Source: the human T2T-CHM13v2.0 reference genome, Homo sapiens. From it: a stretch of 64,000 nt of DNA. This document shows, piece by piece, positions 14,647-27,953 of this stretch. Position 1 is the stretch's first letter; every line of letters begins with the position of its first letter. Location: NCBI RefSeq assembly GCF_009914755.1, contig NC_060926.1. One strand, 5' to 3'. The notes below the pieces were generated by a model. The model made no database searches. It saw only the letters and a list, made by a program, of their open reading frames with translations, and had not been told where the DNA came from. The position numbers and the translations under genes were made by a program.

Positions 14647-14870
14647 TGCATTGATTATATACATATTAGTGAATATAACCTATAAAATATTAACCAGATA
14701 TTAAATAAAGTAGAATTTCAAAAAAAAAAGAGAAAATTCTATTAATACGTATTTGGATGCTAATCTTGTGTTTTGGTGAAAAATTCCTTTTTTATTTTGA
14801 GTGGACCTCAGTATCATCATTTACTTAGAGAATTTACCGTTGTCTACTTTTAGTTATACTTTTCTGTATA

Positions 14871-15524
14871 GACTTGGCCCGCCACATCCGTGGGTTCAAC
14901 CAACTGTGGATGGAATGCATTTGAATAGAAAATGTGTCTGTACTTATGTATAGACTTTTTCCTTGTCATTATTCCCTAAATAATATATTGTAACAGTGTT
15001 GTTATGGCATTTACATTGTGGTAGATAGAAGTAATCTGGAGATGATTTAGAGTATGAGGGAGGGCCAGGCGCGGTGGCTCACGCCTGTAATGTCAGCAGT
15101 TTGGGAGGCTGAGATGGGTGGATCACCTGAGGTCAGAAGATCGAGACCAGCCTGACCATCATGGTGAAACAAACACCCTTTCTACTAAAAGTACAATATT
15201 AGCCAGGCATGGTGACACATGCCTGTAATCCCAGCTACTAGAGAGGCTGAGGCAGGAGAATCGCTTGAACCTGGGAAGTGAAAGTTTCAGTGAGCCGAGA
15301 TTGTGCCACTGCACCCCAGCCTGGGCAACAGAGCGAAACTCCATCTCAAATAAATAAATAAATAAATAAATGTATGTGTATATATATATGTATGTATAGG
15401 GGAGGAGGTGCATGGGTTTTTTGCAAATACTGCACCATTTTATATCAGGGACTTGAGTATGTGTGGGTTTGGGTATCTGGGGAGGTCCTGGAATCCATCC
15501 CCCACAGATCCCAAAGGACACTGC
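14871..15524 (-). mobile_element. MER2 (TcMar-Tigger) DNA transposon interrupted by an Alu
   Basis: MER2 motifs on both sides of the Alu (gggttcaaccaactgtggat; ttgtcattattccctaaataata; gcaaatactgcaccattttatatcagggacttgag; gtcctggaatccatcccccacagat). Confidence 0.85.
15063..15370 (+). mobile_element. AluS with (TAAA)n tail
   Basis: Dimeric Alu from ggccaggcgcggtggctcacgcc to ctccatctcaaataaataaat. Confidence 0.95.
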
Positions 15525-15559
15525 ATGACTCTCACACACACCCTAGTGAGAAGGACATT

Positions 15560-15900
15560 AGACAGGCGACCTGAGTTCTATGTTTTGGCCAATTCCTGAC
15601 CCACACGATCCTAGGCCATCATAAATCACGTCTCTAAACTTGTTACCTCATCGGTGGAGACACCTGGGTGTTGCCAAGAGAAGTAGCAAAGGTTTTGGTG
15701 TTTGATGGACTCACATTTAGACCTGACTTGCCCTTTCCAGCTGAGGATGTTGGGCAGGAAACAAAACTTCCCTGAGCCTCAGTTTCCACAGTAAAAATGG
15801 CATTAATTATATGTGTTACACATTGTTGTGAAGATTGAAGATGATGTCTTTAAATCACCCACCACAAGGCATAGTAGACAAGGTGAGCAAGGAATTTTCT
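15560..15900. mobile_element. MIR remnants
   Basis: MIR core-like text: cttccctgagcctcagtttccacagtaaaaatggcattaatt...gttgtgaagattgaagatgatg. Confidence 0.6.
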
Positions 15901-16071
15901 GAGTAAATGTAGCATTACCTCCTAAGACTGCTTCTCTTAAACGATTTCCTAAAAATCATCATAGAATGATGTACTATATGGGAGAGCACTCAGTAAGTGT
16001 TCAGGTCTATAGAAAAAGATGCACATCCCTTGTATTGAGTTATAAACTCAGTGGACAATATACCTTAGAAG

Positions 16072-16368
16072 GTTTTGTTTTGTTATGTTTTTGGTTTATT
16101 TTTTGAGGCAGACTCTCACTCGATGTCACCCAGGCTGGAGTGCAGTGGTGCGATCTCGGCTCACTGCAACCTCCACCCCCTGCCTCAGCTTCCTGAATAG
16201 CTGGGATTACAGATGACTGCCACTGCACCTGGTTAATTTTATAATTTTTAGTAGAGACGGGGTTTCACCATCTTGGCCAGGCTGGTATTGAACTCTTGAC
16301 ATTGTGATCCACCTGCCTTGGCCTCCCAAAGTGCTGGGATTACAGGTGTGAGCCACAACACCCGATCA
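16072..16368 (-). mobile_element. AluS, antisense, with a small internal deletion
   Basis: Antisense Alu with a (TTTTG)-like tail; lacks the 'gggttcaagcgattctc' segment near 16175. Confidence 0.93.
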
Positions 16369-17436
16369 GGTTTTTATTTTGTGGGAGGCTTGTTATTTCT
16401 TGGCCTTACTGATCTTGGCATTTATTTAAAAGGCTTGATAATAACTTATATTGAAGACACTGTTTTACACACACAAATAGTACTCGTTTTCTATTTTTCT
16501 GTTCTATATCTTTCTCTGAAAGTAGTTGATCTGTGTTTCTGTAAACAAACTTAATTCTCTTTAGTTAGGGGACATTTCGAATGTGTGTTTGTAACACTCA
16601 CCATTTATAAGCAGATTCCAGTAATTTTACATCTATTTTATTTCACATGAGCAAACTAGTATTACTTATCTCCATTCTTGACTATTTTTAGTGCTTCACA
16701 AAATTATAGTCATTTCTATAATAGCTTTATCACTTTTTTTGAGATGCGCAAAAAAGGGATGTTCAGGTAACCATCACATGACAATCATCACATACCAGTA
16801 TTTGGCCTTCTTACTGTGAACATTTTCCATTTAAAAAACAAAGTGTACTGCATTAAAACATGCATGAATTTCAGACTAAATGCCTGCTTATCTACGTCAT
16901 CAAACCGTTTTTATTATTTATATGTATTAACATTACAGAAACCTGTAATGTCGTAGAACTAATGATAGGTGACATAAATATTTATTGATGTTTTAGTTAT
17001 AGTTTTCATTTTAGAAAAAAATACAGTAATGTAAAAGGGCATCTGGTTTGGAGTAGATTTGGATAGTAATTAGTATTTTTGCTTTTCCATAAAAATAAAT
17101 ACAAGTTTATAAGTTACATATATTTTAAATTGTTATTAAACTCAGGTTTCCCAGGTTTTGTGCTCAGTGTTCATTTCAGTTCTTTCTGAAAGGCCCTAGG
17201 TTACCTAATTTTGCATTTGACAGAAAGTGCTGTTTCAAATTACTGAATTTTGGTATTGCAGGAAAGACCTGTATGGCAACCTGAAATTGCTTGTACATAA
17301 TTGCCTTTCAAATTATAGCCCATTAGAAAGAAATGCACCTTTTTCTAGAGCACCTAGGAAAATATTTTCTACAGAGAAACTCCTGGTATCAAAATCCCTA
17401 AAGCTGTGTGAGCAGCTGGCTCTAAAGGCAGTCACG

Positions 17437-18195
17437 TCTGGTCCTGGATCGTGTGTATGGCAGCCACACCTGTGTCCCCGGGAAGACATGCTGGTTCTGA
17501 TACTGGTGGGTCGTGTGTATGGCAGCCACACCTGTGTCCCCAGGAAGACTGCTGGTTCTGATACTGGTGGGTCGTGTGTATGGCAGCCACACCTGTGTCC
17601 CCAGGAAGACTGCTGGTTCTGATACTGGTGTGGGTTGTGTGTATGGCAGCCACACCTGTGTCCCCAGGAAGACATGCTGGTTCTGATACTGGTGGGTCGT
17701 GTGTATGGCAGCCACACCTGTGTCCCCAGGAAGACTGCTGGTTCTGATACTGGTGTGGGTTGTGTGTATGGCAGCCACACCTGTGTCCCCAGGAAGACTG
17801 CTGGTTCTGATACTGGTGGGTCGTGTGTATGGCAGCCACACCTGTGTCCCCAGGAAGACTGCTGGTTCTGATACTGGTGTGGGTTGTGTGTATGGCAGCC
17901 ACACCTGTGTCCCCGGGAAGACATGCTGGTTCTGATACTGGTGGGTCGTGTGTATGGCAGCCACACCTGTGTCCCCAGGAAGACTGCTGGTTCTGATACT
18001 GGTGGGTCGTGTGTATGGCAGCCACACCTGTGTCCCCAGGAAGACTGCTGGTTCTGATACTGGTGTGGGTTGTGTGTATGGCAGCCACACCCATGTCCCC
18101 AGGAAGACTGCTGGTTCTGATACTGGTGTGGGTCGTGTGTATGGCAGCCACACCTGTGCCACATCAGGAAGACATGCTGCTTCTGATACTGGTGA
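17437..18195. repeat. Minisatellite VNTR1, 61-64-bp unit, ~12 copies
   Basis: Unit ctggttctgatactggt(gt)gggt[c/t]gtgtgtatggcagccacacctgtgtcccc[a/g]ggaagac(a)tg, with starts at about 17491, 17552, 17613, 17677, 17738, 17801, 17862, 17926, 17987, 18048 and 18111. Confidence 0.97.
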
Positions 18196-19364
18196 ATCTC
18201 CCAACCACGTGGAACCACGTGAATTCTCTCCTCATTTTCCCTTTCCTGATCTCAGATTTATGATAGGGAATGAGATCTTCCCTTCCCTATGTTCCTATTG
18301 CCCCCATCTCTCTTCTCATCCTTTCATTTGTAAACGAATCAGAAGTCCTGACTTGTGGAAGAGATGCAAGATTCTCCATGTGTGCTACTGATGTGCCTGA
18401 TCAAGTTAAGTCACCGTTTGGGGGAAGGAGCAGTACTTTTGCTGGTATCATTTACATTTGTACTAACAGGTGAGATATTATCAGAACACACTCTATTATT
18501 ATTATCAGAGGTGTCTGATAATGAGATCTTTATAATATGTGATTCAAAGGGGTATGAACACACTAGATGGAGCTTATGAGATGTCAGAAGGAGAGGTAAT
18601 GGGATGTCCACGGGGTGAGTTGAATGTGGCGTGAGCACTTAGGGGCTCACTAAAGATGGGACCCAGAACTCAGGCTGCAAAAATGAAGGATAAAGAGTGA
18701 AGCTTCTACAGTAAAAGTCAACCTACTTGCATTTACTGAGGGAATAGATAACATAAATAAGTTGTATATGCCAAGACTGGACCTGGTCTAGCTGGGTGTG
18801 AACCACAAATGCAGAATTGTGGCTGTTGTAAATAAAGGGAAAGGAGACCCCGACAATCAGCCTCATGAGCGTGGTGTGTGGGATTCTGAATGAATCTGTC
18901 CCTCTGGTCAAAATCACTCAAGCATTTATCTGAGCATTTTGCTTGTAGGCATCAGAGCCAGACTATAATTAGAGAAGTTGGAATACGGCCAACAGGATGC
19001 CACAGGAAAAATTAAATGCTTGCAAAACACACATTGCAAGAAACAGAGTCTCTTTTCATTGGAAGAGTGAACAGTCACACTTTTTTTCAGATGGTGCTTG
19101 GTTGTGGGAGAAAGGATTGTTAGAACGTGATTGAAAGCCTGTCCAAGGCCCTATACGCAGGGCTCTTCACCTTTGTCTCTGCTGCTCCCGGAGCCATTGC
19201 TGACAGGGCTATGAATGACAGCCGTGCTCAGTGGCTTGACCCCAGGCAGGGCCCAAGGGAGGGGCTCCCTCCCAGGCTGAGTCCAGAGCACTTCAAGCTA
19301 GAATGCAGAAAGGGAAGCACTTACTGTGTAGGCCCTAGAGTCTTCCGACTCTGGACAGAAAATA

Positions 19365-19463
19365 GAAAAGTGGAACTGAGTTAACTTTACAGCAAGATGC
19401 AATGGTGTGTTTGTGAATGGAAAAGTAGAACTGAGCTAACTTTATAAGATGCAATGGTGTGTT
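19365..19463. repeat. Two-copy tandem duplication, ~55-bp period
   Basis: gaaaagtggaactgagttaacttta..aagatgcaatggtgtgtt recurs at 19365 and 19420. Confidence 0.85.
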
Positions 19464-20927
19464 CATGGAAATATTCCATCTCAGAGGCCTTTCTCAGTGC
19501 TCTGATAGGTTTTCTTTTAGTTTATTGAACGGAAGACAGATTTAGTTATAAAAACATGATCAGCAAGTATGAGCTCTGTCTGCCTCACTGTATCTGAAGT
19601 CCCAAGAAGCCACCATTCTGATCTAATCTCTAACGTGGCACGGGGTGACTGAGGGCCAGGTGGGAGCAGGGCGGAGCCACATAGGCAACACACTTGCGTC
19701 TGAGCACTTTCTCAGCTGCTAGGGCCAATTTCTGGTTACACAGATAAGCTTTGGTGAAAGAATAGAACAATTCAAGACATGCCTTTTAGTACATAAATAC
19801 AATTGACCATTCTCCTTTAACTGTTAAAAATCCCACTAAATAAATATGATAACACCATCAGTACACATATAATTTATTAAGTACAAATGTGGAGACAAGT
19901 TTCAGAAACAATCTTTGATGAATGAGCCATGATTCAGATCTTTAAATCATACCGTATTTGCATTTTAGTTCTATTGTTTTTTCTTTTTGGTTGCTGGTGG
20001 CCATGTCTTGTGAGCAGCATAAAAAACTGTGATTGTGATGTTGCTATTTCTGACCTTGAGGAAAGTTTCAAATATATTTAATTTTCTGTGTATTAATATA
20101 AATTAATATAATTGCAGGCTTTTTTGTTGACATGACTTCAGATTTCATATGAGGTCTGAAAATCTGGTAGTATGCATGAAGTATCATTTTCATTGGACTT
20201 TAATCAATTACTGAAGAGATAAATGCTTATTATCAACTAAAAAACACATTTAAAAAACACATTTTAATTATTAGTAGATGCGTATTAGTAATTGTAGACC
20301 TAGCTGTAGTGAAACTCTGCATTACACTCATTAGGAAAAATTGTGAAGTCCACTTGTATATAGGCATGCATTTCTTCATATGTATTTTATATTCTCTGAG
20401 AAACCGAATATAGACAAAGATGGCATATTTCAAATATTGACTTAGAAACTTTCTTTTCCCCAGTGAATACCAAACAGTTAGATTCCTGGATCTTCCTCTA
20501 AATCAAGCAATCTCTAAATCATAAGCAAATTTCATTGCTATTGAGATAATAATCTGCCTCCTCTTCTCCCTGACAATCAATACGAGCAACGATCACAGTG
20601 GTCCCAGTGGAGAAGCCGTAACAACACTAAGCGTGGGGAACTGTCAAGGCTGTCATGTATGGGATGCCTACATTGCCAGGGACTTGCCATGGAGCTTCCA
20701 TTAGATCCACAAAACAACATCTTGAAATAACGTTGTTCATCTCTGTTTCTATTTCATGAGTTCTCTCATCCTCGGTGCAAGTGGACATGTCCCTGTGTGG
20801 GAGGCCAGCGATGAGCAGAGCCTGGCACAGTCCCTGCCCCCTTAGAACCTACAGCTGGGTGGGTGGGTAATGAAACCTGCAGGCTTAATCGATAGTCACA
20901 CAGAAAAGGGGCGGCAGCGACTTGGGG

Positions 20928-22659
20928 GGTCTGGAGAGGGATTTATTCATAAAGGCAGAGAGAAGGGTGATCTAGAAAGGGATTTATATGGGCAGAGAGA
21001 AGGGTGGTCTGGAGAAGGATTTATAAGGGCAGAGAGAAGGGTGGTCTGGAAAGGGATTTATAAGGACAGAGAGAAGGGTGGTCTGTAGAGGGATTTATAA
21101 GGACAGAGAGAAGGGTGGTCTGTAGAGGGATTTATAAGGGCAGAGAGAAGGGTGGTCTGGAGAAGGATTTATATGGGCAGAGAGAAGGGTGGTCTGTAGA
21201 GGGATTTATAAGGACAGAGAGAAGGGTGGTCTGGAGAAGGATTTATATGGGCAGAGAGAAGGGTGGTCTGTAGAGGGATTTATAAGGGCAGAGAGAAGGG
21301 TGGTCTGGAGAAGGATTTATATGGGCAGAGAGAAGAGTGGTCTGTAGAGGGATTTATAAGGGCAGAGAGAAGGGTGGTCTGGAGAAGGATTTATATGGGC
21401 AGAGAGAAGGGTGGTCTGTAGAGGGATGTATAAGGGCAGAGAGAAGGGTGGTCTGTAGAGGGATTTATATGGGCAGAGAGAAGGGTGGTCTGGAGAGGGA
21501 TTTATATGGGCAGAGAGAAGGGTGGTCTGTAGAGGGATTTATAAGGGCAGAGAGAAGGGTGGTCTGGAGAGGGATTTATATGGGCAGAGAGAAGGGTGGT
21601 CTGTAGAGGGATTTATAAGGGCAGAGAGAAGGGTGGTCTGTAGAGGGATTTATATGGGCAGAGAGAAGGGTGGTCTGGAGAAGGATTTATATGGGCAGAG
21701 AGAAGGGTGGTCTGGAGAGGGATTTATATGGGCAGAGAGAAGGGTGGTCTGGAGAAGGATTTATATGGGCAGAGAGAAGGGTGGTCTGTAGAGGGATTTA
21801 TATGGGCAGAGAGAAGGGTGGTCTGGAGAGGGATTTATATGGGCAGAGAGAAGGGTGGTCTGTAGAGGGATTTATATGGGCAGAGAGAAGGGTGGTCTGG
21901 AGAAGGATTTATATGGGCAGAGAGAAGGGTGGTCTGGAGAGGGATTTATATGGGCAGAGAGAAGGGTGGTCTGGAGAAGGATTTATATGGGCAGAGAGAA
22001 GGGTGGTCTGTAGAGGGATTTATATGGGCAGAGAGAAGGGTGGTCTGGAGAAGGATTTATATGGGCAGAGAGAAGGGTGGTCTGTAGAGGGATTTATATG
22101 GGCAGAGAGAAGGGTGGTCTGGAGAAGGATTTATATGGGCAGAGAGAAGGGTGGTCTGTAGAGGGATTTATAAGGGCAGAGAGAAGGGTGGTCTGTAGAG
22201 GGATTTATATGGGCAGAGAGAAGGGTGGTCTGGAGAGGGATTTATAAGGACAGAGAGAAGGGTGGTCTGGAAAGTGATTTACAAGGGTAGAGAGAAGGGT
22301 GCTCTGGAGAGGGATTTATATGGGCAGAGAGAAGGGTGGTCTGTAGAGGGATTTATAAGGACAGAGAGAAGGGTGGTCTGGAGAAGCATTTATATGGGCA
22401 GAGAGAAGGGTGGTCTGGAGAAGGATTTATATGGGCAGAGAGAAGGGTGGTCTGGAGAAGGATTTATATGGGCAGAGAGAAGGGTGGTCTGGAGAGGGAT
22501 TTATAAGGACAGAGAGAAGGGTGGTCTGTAGAGGGATTTATATGGGCAGAGAGAAGGGTGGTCTGTAGAGGGATTTATATGGGCAGAGAGAAGGGTGGTC
22601 TGTAGGGGAATTTATATGGGCAGAGAGAGAAGGGTGGTCTGGAGAAGGATTTATAAGGG
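20928..22659. repeat. Minisatellite VNTR2, 37-bp purine/G-rich unit, ~47 copies
   Basis: Unit gggcagagagaagggtggtctg[g/t]aga[a/g]ggatttata[t/a] repeated over ~1.73 kb; flanks look L2-derived. Confidence 0.98.
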
Positions 22660-23099
22660 TGGAGAGACATGGAATTTGCCTCGCTGGCTGCATCAGCATG
22701 AATCTCGAGGTTTGGTGCTTGTGATGCAGTTGAGGGGAGGGGTGGGAGTTGAGGAGATGGAGAACTGGCTAGAACCCGAGGGGCAGCCTTGAGGGGTGGA
22801 GGGGGAGCCTGAGGAAGCCGGGGGCCCCGGGAGGGGGCTGGGCTGCATGTGGCTGGGTAGGGCTGCATCTCTATCCTAAGAAGGAGTGAAAACCCTTGGG
22901 TGGTGGACAGCGCGGGGCTGAGACGCAGGCGGGAAACCTTGGGATGTGCATTTTGAAAAACTGAGTTGCCAGGTGGAGAAGAGACTGGAGCGGGAGCAGG
23001 TATCCTGGTCCCGCAGGCTTGTCCGAGGTAGAGATGTGGGCAGCTGGGACCATGTTGGTGGCTGTTCAGATGCAAAGAAGTAAATGGATTCAAGAGCCT

Positions 23100-24030
23100 C
23101 AAATGGATTCAATGTCTAGTTAAAGGCTTGATAGAAGGGATTTTTAGATGCCATTAAAAATGACAGTCTTAATCAGATTAAAAATTTGGCCACATTAAAA
23201 TAAAATATCCACACATATATATTATTTTTCAAAAACACACCATAAACCAAGTTAACTGACAGAATACAAGCTGGAAGGACGTGTGTTCTATTTATGTGAC
23301 TTACAAGAGGTTTATTTCTGTATTAAATGAAGATTTTAAAAACAATAAGGCAGTGTCATAAAAGGAAAAAAATCCCGTGGTACAGACAGACAGTCCAGCA
23401 GGTGGAAACCTTTAAGGCCAGTAAACGTGGATGATGTCCAAGTTCACTTGTGATTGGAGAAATATAAATTTCCATCAATGGGGATGTCTTCTTCCCAGCT
23501 AGGAGACTGAAAAATAAAACGTGTTAAACCCAAATGTTGCCTAGTTTAGTGGATTGCCAGAAACTCACATGCAGGTTTGTAAATCATTACAAATGTCTAT
23601 GAGGATCAGTTCTCTAGAAGAATTGAAGACGCGCCTTTGGGTGCAGAGTTGCATATCTGGGTGCCCTAGAAATTCCTTCGCTCCCAGCAGGATGTCCCAG
23701 CATCATCTGTATCTGCTGCCCTGCAAGACAAAAGACTTGCAGATGGCCCATGCAGCAGATAGTCCATGTTTATAAATGGTCAGTATTACTTGTAACAGGA
23801 AATAAAAATGGAAATAGCTGAAATAGAATACTGTAGGGGATTATCTTAATACACTGTATACATGTGTTATGCTTTGTTAATTTCATGCAATGAAATATTA
23901 CATTACTGTTAAAATGGATTAATTGGGGCTATCTCCATCAACATATCTAAATATGTTACAGCTTTGAGAAAGGCAGTTATAGAGCACAGTATATAGTATG
24001 ACCCCCTTCCTGTAATTAAAAAAAAAAGTG
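23100..24030 (+). mobile_element. Ancient L1M (L1ME-like) 3' fragment
   Basis: Degenerate L1 3' motifs (tcatgcaatgaaatattacattactgttaaaatg; tatatagtatgacccc). Confidence 0.5.
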
Positions 24031-24036
24031 TATAAC

Positions 24037-25076
<1,040 letters not shown>

Positions 25077-25199
25077 TCTAGTATTAATTATTCTGTAACT
25101 GTGTCATAAAAGTCTAAAAACTTCATTAGAAAATGAAATTGACTCTGTAAAGCAAAAGGTATGTAATAAGGGGAATTCTCAAGTATATCTTTTTAAAAT

Positions 25200-25440
25200 T
25201 ATATACACACATGCAGACACACGTATACACACATACACATGCAGGCATGCAGACACATGGAGCTACGTGTACACATGCAGACACATGCAGTGTGCATGCA
25301 CAAACATGCAAACAAATGCACATGCATGCACACATGTAGAGACACATACGTGCACATTCACACCCAGAATATATGCATATCCACACAGGCAGGGACACAC
25401 ACACACATACACACATGCACACACACATGTATGTACATGT
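25200..25440. repeat. Degenerate (CA/CATG)n low-complexity repeat
   Basis: Runs such as acacacatgcagacacacgtatacacac; this is the source of the Cys/Val- and His/Thr-rich pseudo-ORFs. Confidence 0.9.
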
Positions 25441-27605
25441 ATTTATGGTGTAGGTTAAAATTGTATAAAGCTGGCATTGAATATACAGATGCACACCATA
25501 GTGTTAAATTTTGCCTAAGAGCTCACGTATACATAAATTTTAAAAAGAAGAGTTACCGTATCTTCTTTTAATTTACTTGGTTTCTGATCACAGATAAGCA
25601 TTGCTAGACAGCTCTGTGACTGTGTCAGGTGAATGTTAAAGGGTTGTCGTGAGGGCAGTGTTAGCTATGGAATGCATCAATAACTGTCAGGTTCCGAGCA
25701 CACAGTGGGTGTTCTACAAATGCGGATGGTGTGAGGAGGTGACCTGTGGTGTCTGGTCAGCTCATAACTTCCATATTTTTCTTTAGGCTCTTCCCCTTCA
25801 GAGAGTGCCCCACGCCATCTCCAGTTGGGTTTCGTCCATCCCTTTTCCTCCAGGCCCTTTCAGAATTTCGTGCATGTATCTGGCATCCATGCATAAGAAA
25901 TGTAAAGATATTTGTTAGTCATGGAGTTAGTTAGCAAAATATGTATGTTGTAGTATGGTAACGAGCCTCTGTTGACTCCCACTTTTTACTGGTAGGGATA
26001 AAATTTGAAAATGATTAATTCACAGTTCTTTTAAAAATCCCATTAAGGCTGGCTGATTGCTGAAGTGGCTCTTACGTTCTGTTCAGTGCAGCAAAGCAAG
26101 GGAAACATCATCTTGCAGAAAGTAGTGAGGAGACAAGCAGCCCTGGGGAGCTGAAGGCACGTCGCTGGTGGTCAGAGGGTGTCTTCATTTACTGGCCACA
26201 ATCGGCATAAGCTGCTGCTTCTGAAAGATGCCCTTGAAATTTGGTGCCCACTCCTGAGACCATGGTGGGCCCTCCAGGAATCCCTGCTTTAGTGTTCACT
26301 TATTTGTGGCAAAAGATGGGGCCTTGGTGCCCACAGCCGACTGGGTAGGTGGAGGCTGTGCAGTCAGGGAGGGGAGAGTGCATGGTGGGCAGGGTTGGGG
26401 CCGCTGTCAGACCTGGAGAAACATCAGTGAGAAAGTTTGGAAAAGGAGGAAGGAGCAGGAATGAGAGCTGTTTAGACCCAGGGCGTGAACTTCTCACCTG
26501 GTTCAGGCTGTGCTCTGCAGGGAAATATTCACAGCATGAACGATATGCAAAGCCAATGCATGCTCAAGTGGCTGGCAAAAAAAAATTAATAATAATAATA
26601 AAATAAAAAGATTGCGTGATTTTTTTGTAAAATGTTGGCAAAGGCCTGAGCACAACGTGCTTTCACTTAATGGGCCATCACATTACAGCCCCTGTTGGCT
26701 CTCAGCAGGGTTGGCTCCCAGCAGGTGTTTTCTGAGTGCTGCTGGGCCTGGGATGCTGGTAGTTTCCAGGGTGTGAAGAGATGCCCATTGTCCTCCTCCT
26801 GTCCTGACAGGTTTCCCACTTGATGAGAATACAGCACGCATGCAGAGCTCTATCTACAGTGCTGACAGCGCTGCATGTTTTACTAGAAGGACCTGGCATC
26901 AGCTCTTCGAGCAGGTGCTGTTAGGGGGGCAGCTGTGGAGGGTGTGAGTTGTGGACAGGCATTCTGAGCTGGGCTGCAGAGCACTGATGGAGGGACGTCA
27001 TGGTGTGTATTGTGCATCAAACAGTCCCCTTTGGCTCAGCTTCATGTGATGGGCAATGAGGTTGAAATCAGACAGGCCAGATATCATGTCTGTGAGTCTT
27101 GGAGGGTCTTGGAGAACATGCTAAGAAGTTTTCATTTTAATCCATCAATGAGTGTGTTTAGAGCAAGAGAGGGACTAGTGATTCCAAACTGGCGTTTCCT
27201 GATTCACGTGGCAATGTCGTGCAGGGTTGAGTGGGAAGGGGACAAACTGGAGCTGTTTAGAAGATGGCTTTGTGAATCTGAGTGAGTGTTGTGGGAAGAG
27301 GCCATAGGTGTGCTGGGAATGTGGAGGGAGTGACCAGGTGTGGTATCCAAGGGAAGAAATGGCAAGGAGGGCAGGGTCAAAGTGGCTCCAAGCTTTGGAG
27401 ATTGCACACTCTTCTGGAAAGAAAGGAAATGGAAATTCATTGAAAAACTATAATGTCACAGCAGGCTGTTGAAACTCTACAGACATTCTCTAAGTTAATG
27501 ATAGTTCCACTGGTAATTATGCTGCAGGATTAGGCAGTTTTAGCTGAGGGATAACCACAGTGCTAAGGAGGCTCATGCGAGGTGGGCGACCTGGTATTAA
27601 CATCA

Positions 27606-27953
<348 letters not shown>

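Noticed and set aside
17313-18218. 301/260/239-aa ORFs as a protein-coding gene
   Set aside because: They lie almost entirely within VNTR1, the same peptides recur in all frames as unit lengths shift, and no domain is recognisable.
20870-22792. Repetitive ORFs (GREKGGLERDLYGQREGWS...)
   Set aside because: Translations of the 37-bp VNTR, broken wherever a TAG variant falls in frame.
25126-25571. Cys- or His-rich ORFs resembling metal-binding proteins
   Set aside because: Translations of CA/TG low-complexity sequence.
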